Source: Octopus sinensis
Taxonomy: Eukaryota
Direction: 5' to 3'
Assembly: GCF_006345805.1 (NCBI RefSeq)
Contig: NC_043004.1
Coordinates: 74,710,001-74,774,000 of the forward strand
DNA length: 64,000 nt
Part shown: positions 47,001-62,364 of the stretch, piece after piece
Layout of the letters: the number at the start of each line of letters is the position of its first letter
Position numbering within the stretch: position 1 is the stretch's first letter
The notes under the pieces: generated by a model
Told to the model about the DNA's origin: nothing
The model's input: the letters and a program-made list of their open reading frames with translations, nothing else
Database searches by the model: none
Translations under genes and position numbers: made by a program

Positions 47001-49004
47001 CTCAGAACATTGACCTCGTGGAATCTGTCCAGAGACGTGCAACCAAACGCATACCCTCCATCAGACACCTACCATATTCTGAGCGCCTTGTTTCCCTGGG
47101 CATGGATTCACTGAAGCTCCGGTGTCTGGCAACGGACTTGGTAAACACCCACAAAGTTATCAACCACCTCACCAACAACAACACTGAACACCTTTTTGAT
47201 CTCCATGTGTCTAACACACGTGGACATGCCTACAAAGTCAGAAAACAACACAGCTCCCATGACTTTCGGAAACATTTTTTCACGCTCAGAGTTGCTGAAG
47301 CATGGAATAAACTGCCTGCGTCAGTTGTTGACTGCCATGACACTGCATCCTTTAAGGCCCTCATGCTTTCCAAAATCCACCGAAACTACACCTGATTATA
47401 TATACACTTTAGATGAGTTGTAGTGCACCTGAGCACTGTACACAATTATTATTATATTATTATTATTATACACACACACACACAGGGTGTTCATAAAGTC
47501 TCACTGCAGTGAATTTTTTTCCTCCTGCGCATCACCATGGCATTACTTCAAGAGTCTTTTGGTGAACAGATTATTTCAAAGGGACTTTGGCCACCAAGAT
47601 CACCTGATTTAACACCACCAGACTTTTTTTTTCAGGGGAGCAAGTAAAGGATCAGTGTACAAGAATCGCCCGAAAACCATTAAATACTTACTGCAGAGAG
47701 CCCTTTTCAACACCCTGTGTATATATATGTGTGTGTGTGTGTCTGTGTCTGTTCCCCACAACATTGCTTGACAACTGATGTTGGTGTGTTCACGTCCCTG
47801 TAACTTAGCAGTTCAGCAAAAGAGACCAATAGAATAAGTACTAGGCTTACAAAGAATAAGTCATGGGATCGATTTGTTAGACTAAAGGTGGTGCTCCAGC
47901 ATGGCCGCAGTCAAATGACTGAAACAAATACAAGAATACAAGAATATGAAGACCATTAGAATTGAATACCTTAACTAAAAACATCGCAGTGTTGGCACCA
48001 GGGCAGGGTTCCATCCAGGCAGTAGTGTTAGAAGACGCTTTGCCCAACCAATATCCCCATGGCAAAAACAGGTACGAAAATAAAATGAAGCTAAAACATA
48101 TACTTACATCTTCTTCAGTGATTTTTTCTAAAACTATTTGCTTCAAACGATCCAAGTCGATCCATTCGCTACTTTTTAAATTTCTAGATGAAAATGTGAA
48201 TTTAAAAGAATATAAAATTCAACGTTAGATTTTAGTAAAACTTTCACTGAAACACTTAGCCCTTTCGTTACCAATCCGGCTGAAACCGGCTCTGGCTCTG
48301 AGTACAAATGTCTTGTTTCCATAAGTTTTGAATTAAAATCTTCCATCAAACCTTAGTCACAATTTATGTTCCTAACACTAGCTGAATGATAATAACCAAA
48401 TTATTTTACTAAATTCTTTGTTATATTTAAAGTAATTGAAAGAAACACAGAGCATCTCAAAATAAATACAGTAACGGAAGGGTTAAGCCAATGCTAAACA
48501 AGAGAAAACTCATTTCACATTACAAACTGCTTATTTTGTATATAAAACAAAAATCATTAATTACAAGGAGATAAAGTTTTTGGATCATTAGATAAGGTGT
48601 TTGGAATAGATGCACACAGTGGCAGTGCTAAAGAAGTTCACTTTGCAACTAAAATAGAAATAACAGCTTCCAGAGAGCAGCAAAGGAAAACAAACAGATT
48701 ATAGGATTAACCATCATAATTGTTGTTGTTGCTGTTGTTGTTGTCATAATAAAATTTATACACGGGAAATGTTGCACAGGTGGTAGAGAATCTCCTTGGG
48801 CTGATATTCTTTTATTTGTTTCAGTCATTTGACTGCGGCCATGCTGGAGCACTGCCTTTAGTCGAGCAAATCAATCCCAGGACTTATTCTTTGTAAGCCT
48901 ATTAATTATTCTATCGGGCTTTTTTGCCAAACTGCTAAGTTACAGGGACGTAAACACACCAGCATTGGTTGTCAAGTTATGTTGTGGGGGACAAACACAG
49001 ACAT

Positions 49005-49065
<61 letters not shown>

Positions 49066-50008
49066 TATATACAACAGGCTTCTTCCATCTACCAAATCCA
49101 CTCACAAGGCTTTGGTTGGTCTGAGGCTATAGAAGACACTTGCATAAGGTGCCACACAATGAGATTGAACCCAGAACCATGTGGTTGGTAAGCAAGCTTC
49201 TTACCACACAGCCACTCCTGTGCCTATAATCATCCTTATTTAGCATCCACTGTTCCATGCTTCCATGAGTCAGGCTGAATTTATTGAAGCAAATTTTCCA
49301 GTTGGATGCCCTTTCTTTAATCAACCCTAACCCATTTCCCAGTAAAGTAATATTTCCCCATGGCTGAACATATTTTCAAGAAAGACTAGCAATAAACAAC
49401 CCCACTAGTAAGACAGTGATGCTCATTTACAACCAACAGGCATGATGTCAAGACACAGAAACACACACACACACACAAATACTGTAATAAAAACTGGTGA
49501 ATGGATTATCTGGTATTACTACAATTGCTTCATTAGGAGTTTTAATGAAACGATTATAGTAACACTATATAATCCATTTGTCTGTTTTTATTATGCTTTT
49601 ATAGCACACTTAAGGTTCCATTCCTAGTTGGATGCTTTCATATCCAACTGGAATTGCAGAATACCCAACAACAGTGACCTTCCTTCCTCAATGCCTTCCA
49701 TAATGTATTACTTAACAGGGATTCTGAGCATCCTTCACTTTGATATGCCTTAATTCTTAGTGGGTTTCTTGTAATCAAATCTATATGTATGGGGTGGTGG
49801 TGAAAAGTTCCTGGCTTTAAGGGTATCATGAAAGGCCTGGTTGGAGGCGCAACCTTCCGAGTTTTTTTTACAGGGCTTAGAAAAACTGAAGGACTGCTGC
49901 CAATAAGTTGTAGATCTGAGAGGGGAACATGTTGAATAAAATCATAATTAACTGTTCTGCCTGTATTTTCTTTTACCCAAAACAGGAAACTTTTCAACAC
50001 CCACTCAC

Positions 50009-50066
<58 letters not shown>

Positions 50067-50693
50067 GGCGCATGGCTCAGTGGTTAGAGCGTCAAGCTTA
50101 CGATCGTGAGGTTGTGAGCTCGAATCCCGGACCGGGCTGCGTGTTGTGTTCTTGAGCAAGGCACTTTATTTCACGTTGCTCCAGTTCACTCAGCTGTAGA
50201 AATGAGTTGCGACGTCACTGGTGCCAAGCTGTATCGACCTTTGTCTTTCCCTTGGATAACACTGGTGGCGTGGAGAGGGGAGGCCGGTATGCATGGGCGA
50301 CTGCTGGTCTTCCATAAACAACCTTGCCCGGACTTGTGTCTAGGAGGGTAACTTTCTAGGTGCAATCCCATGGTCATTCATGACCGAAGGGGGTCTTTAT
50401 ATATATATATCAACAATTGAGGGTAAAATTAATTAGTTATTAATCAATTTCACCAAGTATTCAGTATGTAAAAGGACCATTTAAGGCGAATTCAAAATAT
50501 TACATTATATAATTAGGGCTTAGTAAAATAAATTACTTTGCCACATACTGAACTTGCTAGAAATAGCAGCCAAAAAAAGATTTTTTGCCATTTCCACTAC
50601 TTAAGTAGTGGAAATGGCAAAAAAACTTTTTTTGGCTGCTATTTCTAGCAAGTTCAGTATGTGGCAAAGTAATTTATTTTACTAAGCCCTAAT

Positions 50694-50724
<31 letters not shown>

Positions 50725-52660
50725 CATACATAAATACGACAGGCTTCTTTCAGCTTCCGTCTACCAAATCCACAAGGGTTTGATCAGCCCAAAGTTACAG
50801 TAGAAAGCACCTGCCCAAGGTGCCACACACTGGGACTGATCCTAAAACTAAATAGTTGGGAATCAAGCTTCTGAACCCCACAGCTATGTCCATTATTTTT
50901 TTTTTATTTCATGAAGTCAAACTCTATGAAATTTGAAGTGAGAAAGCAAAGAGACATTCTTCAATACAGCAGAACATTTAGTGAAGAAAGCAAGCATTCT
51001 ACTGCATCCACCTGTTTCACCAATAACAATCTTTGCAAAAGTTGACTTACATTTCTTTTGGTTTCGTAAATAATGTTGTCTGTGCGTACGATTCATCTTC
51101 TTTTTTCTTCAAAGCCTCGATTTTCCACACAATGTCCTGAAATGGAATTTTAAAGACTCTATTTAAATTCTCTATTTAAATTCTCTATTTAAATACATTT
51201 CACGCATACAATGTGTTGGTGTGATACTAAATTGGTCAGTACAGCCTGATGGTTTTTGCGGCCATGCTAGAGCACCACCTCAAAGTGACTTCAGTACTAA
51301 TTTTTCTTTTGTTAAGCCTGGTAATTATTCTTTCGGTCTCTACTGCCAAACCACTCAGTTACAGGGACATAAACATACCAACACCAACTACCAAGTGGTA
51401 GTGGAGGACAAACAGACACAAAGACACCACCCCATGGACGAAGTGGTGAGAAAGGATCTAAAGACGTTGGGACTTACAGAGGGGATAACACGGGACCGAG
51501 ACACATAGCGATTTGTTGTGCTTGAAAAGACATCAAGCTATGTAAAAGTGTGGTTGCCCTTACGTACAGGGTCATCTCATGCAACCCTCTCCAGCTGAGG
51601 ATCCTTAATACAGGCTCATGGGTGCTGGTGCTACATAAAAGCAGTCCAGTAGAGTCTGTAAAGTGGTTGGCATTAGGAAGGGCATCCAGCCATAGACCCC
51701 ATGCCAAAACAGATACGGAGCCTGAACAGCAATTCAGCTGGTCAGAACCTGTCAAAACGTCCAACCCATGCCAGCATGGAAAATAGATCTCAAATGATGA
51801 TATATATATATATATATACATACACACACACACACACAGGTTTCTTTCAGTTTGTGTCTACTGAATCCATTGTCCACTCAAAAGGCTTTTGTCAGCCAAA
51901 GGTTATAATAGAAATCACTTGCCCATAGTGCCACACAGTGGGACTGAACCCATAACCATGTGGTTAGGAAGCAGGCTTCTTAGCACACAGCCATGTATGT
52001 GCCTATGGTGTGTGGGCTTTATAGGATAGAAGGGTGGTTTGCAAATTAAAATGAGATACAGACTGGCTTTACTTGTAAACTGGGAACATTGCAGGTTGTG
52101 CAGAATCTTCTTTGGCTGATCCCATCACCATCATCATTTTAACAGCCATCTTCCTGAGCTTGCATGGGTTGGGCAGATTCAACTGAGGCAGGTTTTTCTA
52201 TAGCCTGGTGCCCTTCCTGTCACCAACCCTCACCTGTTTCCAAGGAAAGGCAATATTTGCCCATCACCAGACGTGTTTTTGCAAGACATTAGAAATGAAG
52301 GAATGACATGACCGCTTGTATAACAGGGAAACTCATTTACAACTCACGCAATGTGAAGACAATGAGACAAACACTCACCCCCTCCCCCTACCAGCATGGA
52401 AAATGGACAGTAAAGGATGATGATGATGATGAAGCTACATGTGAATTGCTGGTGATTTTTTTCCTCCATCTTCCTTTTCTCTTAGACTTTCCTCTATCTC
52501 CTGTTTCTGAAGAAGAGCTTTGTTCAAAACATAAAAACCCCTTTCTTTCCTTCCCAGAGCATCTTTTAATACTTTGCATGTACCACAGCCCCACGTTGTT
52601 GCTTTTTTGTTCATTTTTTTTTAATGAATTATATATATATATATATATACACATACACAC

Positions 52661-52691
<31 letters not shown>

Positions 52692-55600
52692 TACACATAT
52701 ATATATACATATACATGTATACATGCGATGGGCTTCTTTCAATTTCTGCCTATCAAATCCATTCACAAGACTTTGGTTGGCCCAAGGTTATAATAGAAGA
52801 TACACGCCCAAGGTGTCACGCAGTGGGACTGAACCTGGAACCAGGTGATTGGGAAGCAAACTTTTTTAACCACACAGCTACGCTTGTGCCTGATATGGAG
52901 GATGAAAATATGGTGCAAGGGAAGAAGCCAAAATAACCAAATCTGAATAAAGTACTTACATACATTAAGTTGTAATAGTTGGGCTTTGCCGTATAAAATA
53001 ACCAGTGAAAAGGGCGTCCATCCATTCCAAACTGAGCACCTGTTGTAAAATGATAAAAAACAATAAAAACATTGTTATTCATTATCATAGGTTTTATGTC
53101 TGTTTCTTCTATGCTGGCATGGGTTGGACAAGACTTCTCAAGGCTGAATGTTCTTCCAGGTGCCAACTGTTGGGCCTCACAAAGGCAATGCCGAAAGACC
53201 AAGACCTTTGGAGATATACTGTGATTGAAAAGACCTGGCCAGTAAAGTGACATCACAGCCATAGCCTACACCAGTGTCGCATAGCCAGCCCATTTAAAAA
53301 GTACCTTTGAATTGTTGGACGACACTCCGTCCTTGAGGAGACCTTGAGTCAAGTAAAATAAAAATAAAAATCGAATGGAAATTGTAGTTGTAGCTGATGC
53401 CAGTGCCGCCTGACTGGCTCCCGTGCTGGTGGCATGCAATAAGCACCATACATGCAGGGGTCATTGCCAGTGCAGCCTAACTGGCTCCCTGTGAAAAGCA
53501 CCATCTGAACGTGCTCAATGCCAGCCAGCCCCCCCCCCCTCCTGGCTGCACCAGGCTCCATTCTGGTCTGGCAAGGTTCCTACAGCTGAATGCCCTTCCT
53601 AATGCCAACCACTCCGACGTGAGTGCAGTGGGAGCTTTTTATGTGCCACCAGCACAGGAGCCAGTCAGGCGGGCCTGGCAATGATCACGTTCAGATGGTG
53701 CTTATTACATGCCACCAGCACAGGAGCCAGTTGGGGGTACCAGCATCAGTCACGACTGGTTGGTGCCTTTTATGTGCCACTAGCACAGGAGCCAGTCAGG
53801 CAGACCTGGCATCAATCACATTCGGATGGTGCTTTTTATGTGCCACTGGCACGAGAGCCAGTCAGGGATACCGGCCCCCAAACTGACTTATGATGAAAGC
53901 TGTTCCAGCCATGATCTTCACATCTTTTCTTTGTTAGATGATGATGATGATGATGATGACTGTATCTAGAACTGCATGACTACCATGTCTTCATGTTTAC
54001 TTCTTAAGATGGTAGGGTGATATTTGAGGGTTCTTTGGCTGGCTCTGACAGATCGAGGAACCATAAAGAAGTACCTTTGTTGGTTCATACCAAAAGTTTC
54101 CCTTCAAACTGTAAAAAGTGATTCAGAAAACAACAGTATTTGACCTGATGATGATGACGGTGGTGGTGAACATCATCATCATCACCATTATTTAACATCT
54201 GGCATGGGTTGGCTGGTTTGACAGGAACCGGTGAGCCAGAGAACCGTGCCAAGTTCTACTGCTGTCTGTTTTGGCAGGGTTTCTACAGCAGGATGCCCTC
54301 CTCACGCCAATCGCTTTACAGATCGTACTGGATGTCTTTTTGGAATAGAACCAACACCAGTGAAGTCACCAAGAAACTCACTAGACAAGAACCCTCGAAT
54401 GAGGGTTTGTAATATTAAGGGCAGTGGCTTTACACCAGGGGATGAGAGATTAGAGTACGAAGTATAAAGATGGTAAGTAGAAATATTGTAATATCTGAAG
54501 ACTTACTTTTCTGTGGTGGGAAAATTTCATAAGGATGCTGAAGAATAAAACAAAAAACTAATGAGGAAAGTCAAAATTTTAATTTAAACAAGTTTAAAAC
54601 ATCAAAAGAATACACAAAATGTTTGTTCTTTTCTACTCTAGGCATGAAACCCGAAATTTTGGGAGGAGGGGGTTAGTCGATTAAATCAACCCCAGTACGC
54701 AATTGGTACTTAATTTATCGATGACAGGCAAAGTCGACCTCGGCGGAATTTGAACTCAGAACATAAAGACAGACAAAATACTGCTAAACATTTCACCCGG
54801 TGTGCTAACGTTTCTGCCAGCTCTCCAACTTACACAAAATGTTTATTGAAGGAAAGCAATTGACTATCATCACTGCTGTTACTACTTCTGTTTGTCTTTC
54901 ATCATTTTCATCAATATCAGCATCATCACCACAGCCACTGCTTAAGTAGTCATTAAATCTCATAAACAAGGTACAGTAATCCCTCGACTATCGCAGGTGT
55001 CACATTCCAAAAAACCCTGCGATAGGTGAAAAATCCACAAAGTAGAAACAGTATTGTAGTGTATATATATTTTTTAAATTTTCATAATCTGTATGTATTT
55101 ATTTTATTATAAATGCAAAACAACGCCACACAGGAATCAATGTAAGCTTAAATAATAAACTGCAATGTGGCAAGGAATTACTGTATTTCGTTAAAGAAAT
55201 TTGCTTTGTGGTCATGTGGATCAAGATTCTATTCCACAACACTGCACCTTCAGTACAAAGTTAAACCCAAGTGCTCAGAGTGAAATTTGATACAAAGAAA
55301 CCACACAGAAGTCTAATCAATTCACCTGTACCTGAGTAATCTAATTCAACACCTATTTTAACACTCACTTCTAGTCAGCAGGTACTTTCGAACAAGGTCC
55401 ACTCTGTTGCAGGCACTGGTCCCTGATCTCTGATTTTCAGAAAACCCATAACTGATAGTTTTTTCCTCCCTTCCACCTCCTTCAAAACCCTCGAAAGGGG
55501 TTATCATGTTGCTATTTCTTCCTATGAAACAAAAAGATGCGGATCAATGATGTAAGTGGAGGGATTATAGGTAACAAGCTCCACTGCTTGCAGTACTAAA

Positions 55601-58600
55601 CTGAAAATATTTTTAAGGGCTGAGAGGCAGACCCTATATCATCCCCTGCAGTCTTCAGTAAGGACCTGATAACCCAATGAATCACAGGACACATGTATGT
55701 TAGACACCCATAGCAAACCGACTCACCTTCATCAATGGCCTGGCTTTTTTGGTGTATAAACCTGATGGCAGCAGATATTCAATAGCTTTCTGGGAAAATG
55801 ATACAATAAAACAAAAGCATTTTAGTAAACTGTTTCAAACCATAAGTCATCATTCATATTACTCATAACAATATTAAATAAGCCCTTCTAGTTTTAGCAC
55901 AAGGCCAGCAATTTTGAGGGAGGGTGAAGTTGATTGCATCAACCCACCCAGTGCTCAACTGGGGTTCTTCTTTAAATGACTCCAAAAGGATGAAAGACAA
56001 AATTAACCTTGGTGGAGTTTGAACTCAGAGCATAAATGGCCAGAAGAAATGCCGTTAAGCATTGTGTTTGGTGCGGTAACAGTTCTGCCAAGTTGCCATC
56101 GTAACAAAATTAAAAAATAAGAACAAGTTCTTCTGTGTGTCGTACAAATAGAAAGATAAATAGAGACAACTGCTTTGCTTTTCCTACTTCGAGGTTCCTA
56201 TCACCAAATGATCAGCATTATAGATCTCATTGATGAGGTCAAAGAATAGGAGGTGTTTCACCAAGGCTGACTCTAAGCAGACATTAACAGAATAAATGAA
56301 TTAAATCTGGGTTGCAAACTCAGTTTTCCCGAGAATTTAGAATCTACACTACAACCGTTTCCAAGAATATCTGTTATTTAGAAATCTTTTAGCTACAATT
56401 TCTGTTGTCAACACATTAAAGTGAACAGAATGATATGAATTTTACTTTAAAAGATCAAAATAGTTTTATCCAAGTGATTTCCAATCAATTTGGCTATTGA
56501 TCCGGTGTTGTGCACTGGCAAGCTGTTTAGACTTGGAAATACTGAAACAAAATCTGACAAACTGTTGTATATAGAAGAAACATTAAAACTGGAGATTAGA
56601 TTAATGTGACTAGGATGTGAAAGTGCTGAGCCACTAACCACATGATCCCCAGTTCGATCTTAACTGCAGCCACTGATTTTTATCTCTGTGCAAAACACTT
56701 AACAACTCTTGATTGCCTCAGTTTGCTTGTGTGTGTGTGTTTACATATGCAATCATTTGTATGAGAGCGCAGCAAGCAGTGATCTATCAGTCTCTCCTGT
56801 CAACAAATTGTCTTGGCAGCTTCGAAATTATATGGAATAAGTGATCCTTCACATGAAAATCAGGTAAGGAATGGTATCAGGAAGGACAGCTGGCTATAGA
56901 AATGACTGTGAATGACATTCTTTCAATCCATATAAGCATGGAAAAACAGGCACAAAATGAACAAATAAACCAACCATCTCCAATGCACTATAATCTACAA
57001 GATCGTTATATGCAGCCTTACTGTCGGGTTATAAAACTACATCATTGGCGTTTAACGTCCGCTTTCCATGATGGCATGGGTTGGACGGTTTGACTGAGGG
57101 CTGGCGAACCAGATGGCTGCACCAGGCTCCAATCTGATCTGGCAAAGTGTCTACAGCTGGATGCCCTTCCTAACACCAACCACACTGAGAGTGTAGTGGG
57201 TGCTTTTATGTGCCACCGCATGAGGGCCAGTCAGGTGGTTCTCGCAACGATGATGCTCAAAAGGTGTTTTTTACATGCTACTTGCATGGGAACCAGTCCA
57301 GTGGCACTGGCAACAACCACACTGGAATGGTGCTTTTCACGTGCCACCAGCACATGTTCTGGTAAGGCAACGTTGGCAATGATGACACTCGAATGTTGCT
57401 TTTTACGTGCCACCAGCATGGGAGCCAATCCGTGGCCCTGGCAATTGATTATCTAAATCTGAATTCCAGAAGACTATTTTTGCAAACTGTCAAAGATAAA
57501 AGAGAAAACCCCTTACGTCTATGTCTTCTTGAGTGAAAGTCTCTGCATTTTTACCCATTATGTTGGCCAAATGTCTTTTACCAATTTCATACTGTGCAAT
57601 TTCTTCTTTCATCTGTGCATCTGTCAAGAAAGAAAATTTGAAGAATATTTGTCATCTTAACATGTGGGGTTAGAATGCCATAGGAAAGGGTCACAAGACA
57701 AATTCTTCAAGCCAAGCTAACCAGCAGGAGACCTAGGGGTAGACCAAGAATGAGATGGGTGGAAAATGGTCATGCTTGGGAATCCAGCTGGAAAGTGTAC
57801 TGGCTGTTGGTTCCAAGAGAAACTCTATAGAGGTGGTGTTTGAGGACTCTAACCCCATAATTCTCCCAGGGACAGTGGATGGAGGAAATGGATGGATGGA
57901 ATGGTAATTACTTTAAAACAAATCCATAAAATTTACACATTTATGTGGATGAATACGAGAGGGGTGAAATGTAGAATACAAAGGAGAAGACATCGTTGCA
58001 ATGTGGTGCATATGACGGATGACTGTTGGGGTAAAGGACTGAGTAAGCCAAGAGGATGGAGCCTCCAGAAGCGGAAGACTGAGGGTAGAAGTGGAGAAAT
58101 CCGGCAGAAACGTTAACACACCAGGTGAAATGCTTAGTGGTATTTCGTTCTGAGTTCAAATTCCGCCAAGGTCGACTTTGCCTTTCATCCTTTCAGGGTC
58201 GATAAATAAAGTACCAGTTACGCACTGGGGGTCGATGCAATCGATTTAATCCCTTTGTCTGTCCTTGTTTGTCCCCTGTATGTTTAGCCCCTTGTGGGCA
58301 ATAAAGAAATAAGAAGTGGAGAAATCTGATAGGGTGGATGTGATGAAGGGAAGTGACAAGAAATTACAATGAGTGACTGAACCAGACAATGCAGCAAGAC
58401 AAAATGGACGGAAAAGGAAGCAGAGAGAGGGAAAAGGGAGGAAGAGGGGAAGACAGGAAGGGCAGGAGGAATGAGAGGAGGAGGAGGAGGTGGGGGAGAA
58501 AGAGGAGGGTGGTAGCAGCAGTGATAATGATCATAATATTGATGATGTAATTTATTCCTCATCCCAATTTCAAAATTTACCAACATGTTTGCTAATTTCT

Positions 58601-61600
58601 TTGTTCCAATGTCCAGAGACATTAAAATTACAGTAATACCTCGACTATTGCAGGTGTTATGTTCTAAAACCCACATGAAGGGTGAAAATCCATGGAGCAG
58701 AAAACAGTAGTGTATTTTTATAATTATTTTATAATTTGTATACATTTATTTTATTATACATATATACAATGGGCTTCTTTCAGTTTCCATCTACCAAATT
58801 CACTCGCAAGGCTTTGGCTATAGTAGAAGACACTTGCTAAAGGTACCACGCAGTTGGAATGAACCCGGAACTATGTGGTTGGTAAGCAAGTTACTTACCA
58901 CACAGCCACTCCTGCGCATCCACTTTCCATGCATGAATGAGTCAGACAGAATTTGTTGGGATCAATTCTCAAAAAATGGAATCCCTTCCTGTTGCCAAAC
59001 CTCACCGGTTTTGAAATAAAGTAATATTTTCCCCAAGGCCTGACACGTTTTTCAAAGAAGACTGAAAATGAACAACATCACTTGTATGATGGTGATGTTT
59101 GTTTATAACCATCACAGGAAATCAAGGCAAGGGTATGGTGCCACACAAAGAAACCACCTGTGCTGGTGCCACGTATAAAGCACTGGTGCAGGTGACATAT
59201 AAATAGCACCTGGTACACACTGGAAAGTGGTTGGCATTAGGAAGGCATTCAAACATAGAAAACCACATCAAAACAGACCAAGGGCACCTGGTGCATCTCT
59301 CTGGCTGGCCAGTCTGGGTCAAACCGTCCAACCCATGCCAGCATGGAAAACAAACAAATGACAGTGATGATGATAATATATATGTGAAATAGGCTTCTTT
59401 AAGTTTCCATGTATCAAATCAATTCCCAAGGCTTTGGTCAACCTGGGGTTATGGTAGAAGACACTTGCCCAAGGTGCTACACTAAGATTGAACCTGACAC
59501 CATACGGTAAGGAAGCAAGTTTCTTTACCACACAGCCATGCTTTCATGAGCCCCAAGATTAATGGAAGTGTAGTTAACTCTGGCAGGATTTGAACTCAAA
59601 ATAAAATACTTGAGTGTATATTGTCCAAAACTCTACCATCTGTGTCAGCCATCACCACTCCACACACACACACTTTTTTCCCAGCTTAACACAATCAAAA
59701 AACTTGTCATGATTCAATTATTGGGTTACTGCATAATTATTGCGGCTTTTTTTCAACAAATTTTATACAACAAAAACAATAACAATATTTAACAAAAACA
59801 TCTTTAAATGATGGTCTGACCATCTGCCAAGCAAATGGGAAGCAGTAATTGAAGTAGATGGTGAATATGCTCTGGAATAATCATTTAAAGATGTCTCCAC
59901 TAGATGTTGTTATTATTTTTGTTGAATAAAATTTGTTGGAAAAAGCCACAATAATTATTCCCCAACCCAAATAGTATTTGGTTATAAAGAGAAAGCGAGA
60001 GATACCATGTGCTTTTGCTCGTTCGATATAGGCAAGCATGGCTTGGCTAATCTTCTCTGCTTTTTTTATTGGTCTCCTCTGTCTATGCTCTGAAAGCTTT
60101 ATCAAAGATGAAGTCACTTCAGGAGATATAAACCGCAACTGAAAATATAAAAAATAAAAGAAGAAAACAAAAAAGAAATAAGAATTAGAAGTTACACTAG
60201 CTTACATCTCATTAACCATCAACATAATTAGTATGTGTTATGGTAATAATTTACTAATTATAATTATTATGTAATTATCATTTCATATACCCATTACACT
60301 CTTGGAATGGTTGGCATTAGAGAGGACAACCAGCCATAGAAACCATGCCAAATCAGACTGAAGTCTTGTGCAGCCTTTCAGCTTACCAGCCCTGGTCAAA
60401 CTGTCCAACCCATGCCAGCATGGACAATGGATGTAAAAAGATGATGATGATGATGATGATGACAATGGAACAAATTTGTAGAAGAGAGAGATGTAATAAA
60501 TTATATTAACCCTTAGAGATGATGGATACATTTTATCGACCCCAGGAGGTTGACCATGCGGGGATTTTAACCTAGAATTTGGAAAGATGAAATTAACTAC
60601 ACTAAGAAATTTACCCTGATGCACAACTGCTTTTGGTAATCATCATCATCGTTTAACATCCATTTTCGATGCTGGCATGGGTTGGACGGTTTGACTGGAG
60701 ACTGGCGAGCCAGGAGGCCACACCAGGCTTCAATCTGATCTGGCAATGTTCCTACAGCTGGATGATAAGGGTACACCAGGTACATGCCTCACAACCATAT
60801 GTGTGCAATATGGTGACCTCATATCAAGATGAAAAGTACATGACCTTGCAGGTGGGGCCCAGTTAGAATTTTGTTCAAGCTGAGTAGCCCATCCTGCTCA
60901 AAAGGTTCCTGAATAAAGATTGGTTAAGGATGATGCACCCATGTTTCCAAAAGTGAATTATTCAAAACTCCAAAGAATTCCTCTCAACACATGGCTTTGA
61001 TGCTCCCCCACTATTCCTGCTCCTGCCTGACTGTCTCCCCATGTCAGTGACACATAGACAGCACCATCCGAATGTGGTCAATGTCAGCCCCCCCTACCCC
61101 AACTGGCTTCCGTGCAGGTGGCACATAAAAAGCACCCACTACACTCTCACAGTGGTTGGCTTTAGGAAGGGTATCCAGCTGTAGAAACATTGCCAGATCA
61201 GACTGGCACCTGGTGCAGCGTCAGTCCCCAATCAAACCGTCCAACCCATGCCAGCATGGAAAACAGACATTAAACGATGATGATGATGATGATCAGAGAT
61301 GCACATATTGTCAGCCAGTAAGAGACATGGTCAACTGGTTAAGGTCCAACAACCGACAAGCAAATCTGTGGTATGAGCAGAATATTGTTGTAGCCCATCT
61401 TTTATACCAAGATATAAACAATGTATATGACAACACTTCTGATCACTCAAGATCAGAAACCATGAGAGCCACTGCCTGCTGCTTCATCAGGGCATTTATA
61501 ATTATTATTATTATTATTATATTATATAGAATTGCGAGGGTTCGAGAGAATGTCTATTAATAACCAAACGATCCGTCAGCAATGCATGTTCAATACTTTC

Positions 61601-62295
61601 ATCATTTGATCTAACCGTCCCTCTAATCAGCGATTCTGTATTCACCTCGACAGGGATAATCCACGCAAAACTGATTGGCTTCAGTGATGTTTCAATGATC
61701 CATCAGAGAAGACATGGGCAATGTTTTTAAAGAAGCGGGTCGCACAACTAAGAAAAATTCAAGGTGATATTTTGTTAACTGTGCCAATCAGAAAATCTCG
61801 CGGGCCGAAAGGTTAACCATTAGCGTTTAAAGGAAACTGAATTCGGTCAAACTAAAGCGTTTGACCCGGTCATAAAAAAAAAAAAAAAAAGTGTAATAGG
61901 TGAAAAACAACTTGCTCTAAACGAATATGACAAAAAAAGATGCGCGCTCGCGAAAGAGGGTGGAGGAGAGGACTCGGAAAATTCACATTGCGAATTTCTG
62001 AAAGCGTCTGACTCGGGCACAAAAATAAACAAAAAAAATAGTGTAAATAGTGGCTAAACCACAACATGGAAAGATCAATGTAGTCCATAGCCAAAAACCT
62101 CTCTTCTTTTTGTTAGGGAGATTTTAAACACAAGGGTAACTGCTTGGGGAGGTCTTATTTCTTTACTGTTATGGATATCGCATTTTTTTTTTCTGCTGAC
62201 TTGTATTATATAGTCTTTGACTCAATTCAGTAGTGCCAAACCAAAAGTATAGGGTGTAACTTCGGTGTAAGTACCGGATACATTTCAAGAAAGTG

Positions 62296-62364
<69 letters not shown>

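Noticed and set aside
44808-47395. CR1 ORFs as an active LINE or host gene
   Set aside because: 5'-truncated, frameshifted, contains a nonsense codon, and the catalytic YADD is mutated to YADN.
50064-50140. tRNA-like sequence with good A and B boxes (also other SINE heads)
   Set aside because: No proper acceptor stem; it runs straight into a repeat body found elsewhere in the window, so it is a SINE head and not a tRNA gene.
54075-54108. 34-nt AG/GT-bounded segment in MRPS9 intron 5 (possible poison exon)
   Set aside because: It would give an immediate stop in phase 1, but the donor (GTACTT) is weak and such pairs arise by chance. No support without RNA data.
58540-58620. Minus-strand [11 protein letters not shown] resembling exon 3 [11 protein letters not shown]
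   Set aside because: Short low-identity match without suitable splice sites; probably coincidence.
61646-62094. Alternative candidates for MRPS9 exon 1
   Set aside because: In-frame stops, or no ATG in phase with exon 2. 63045-63128 fits phase and presequence composition.
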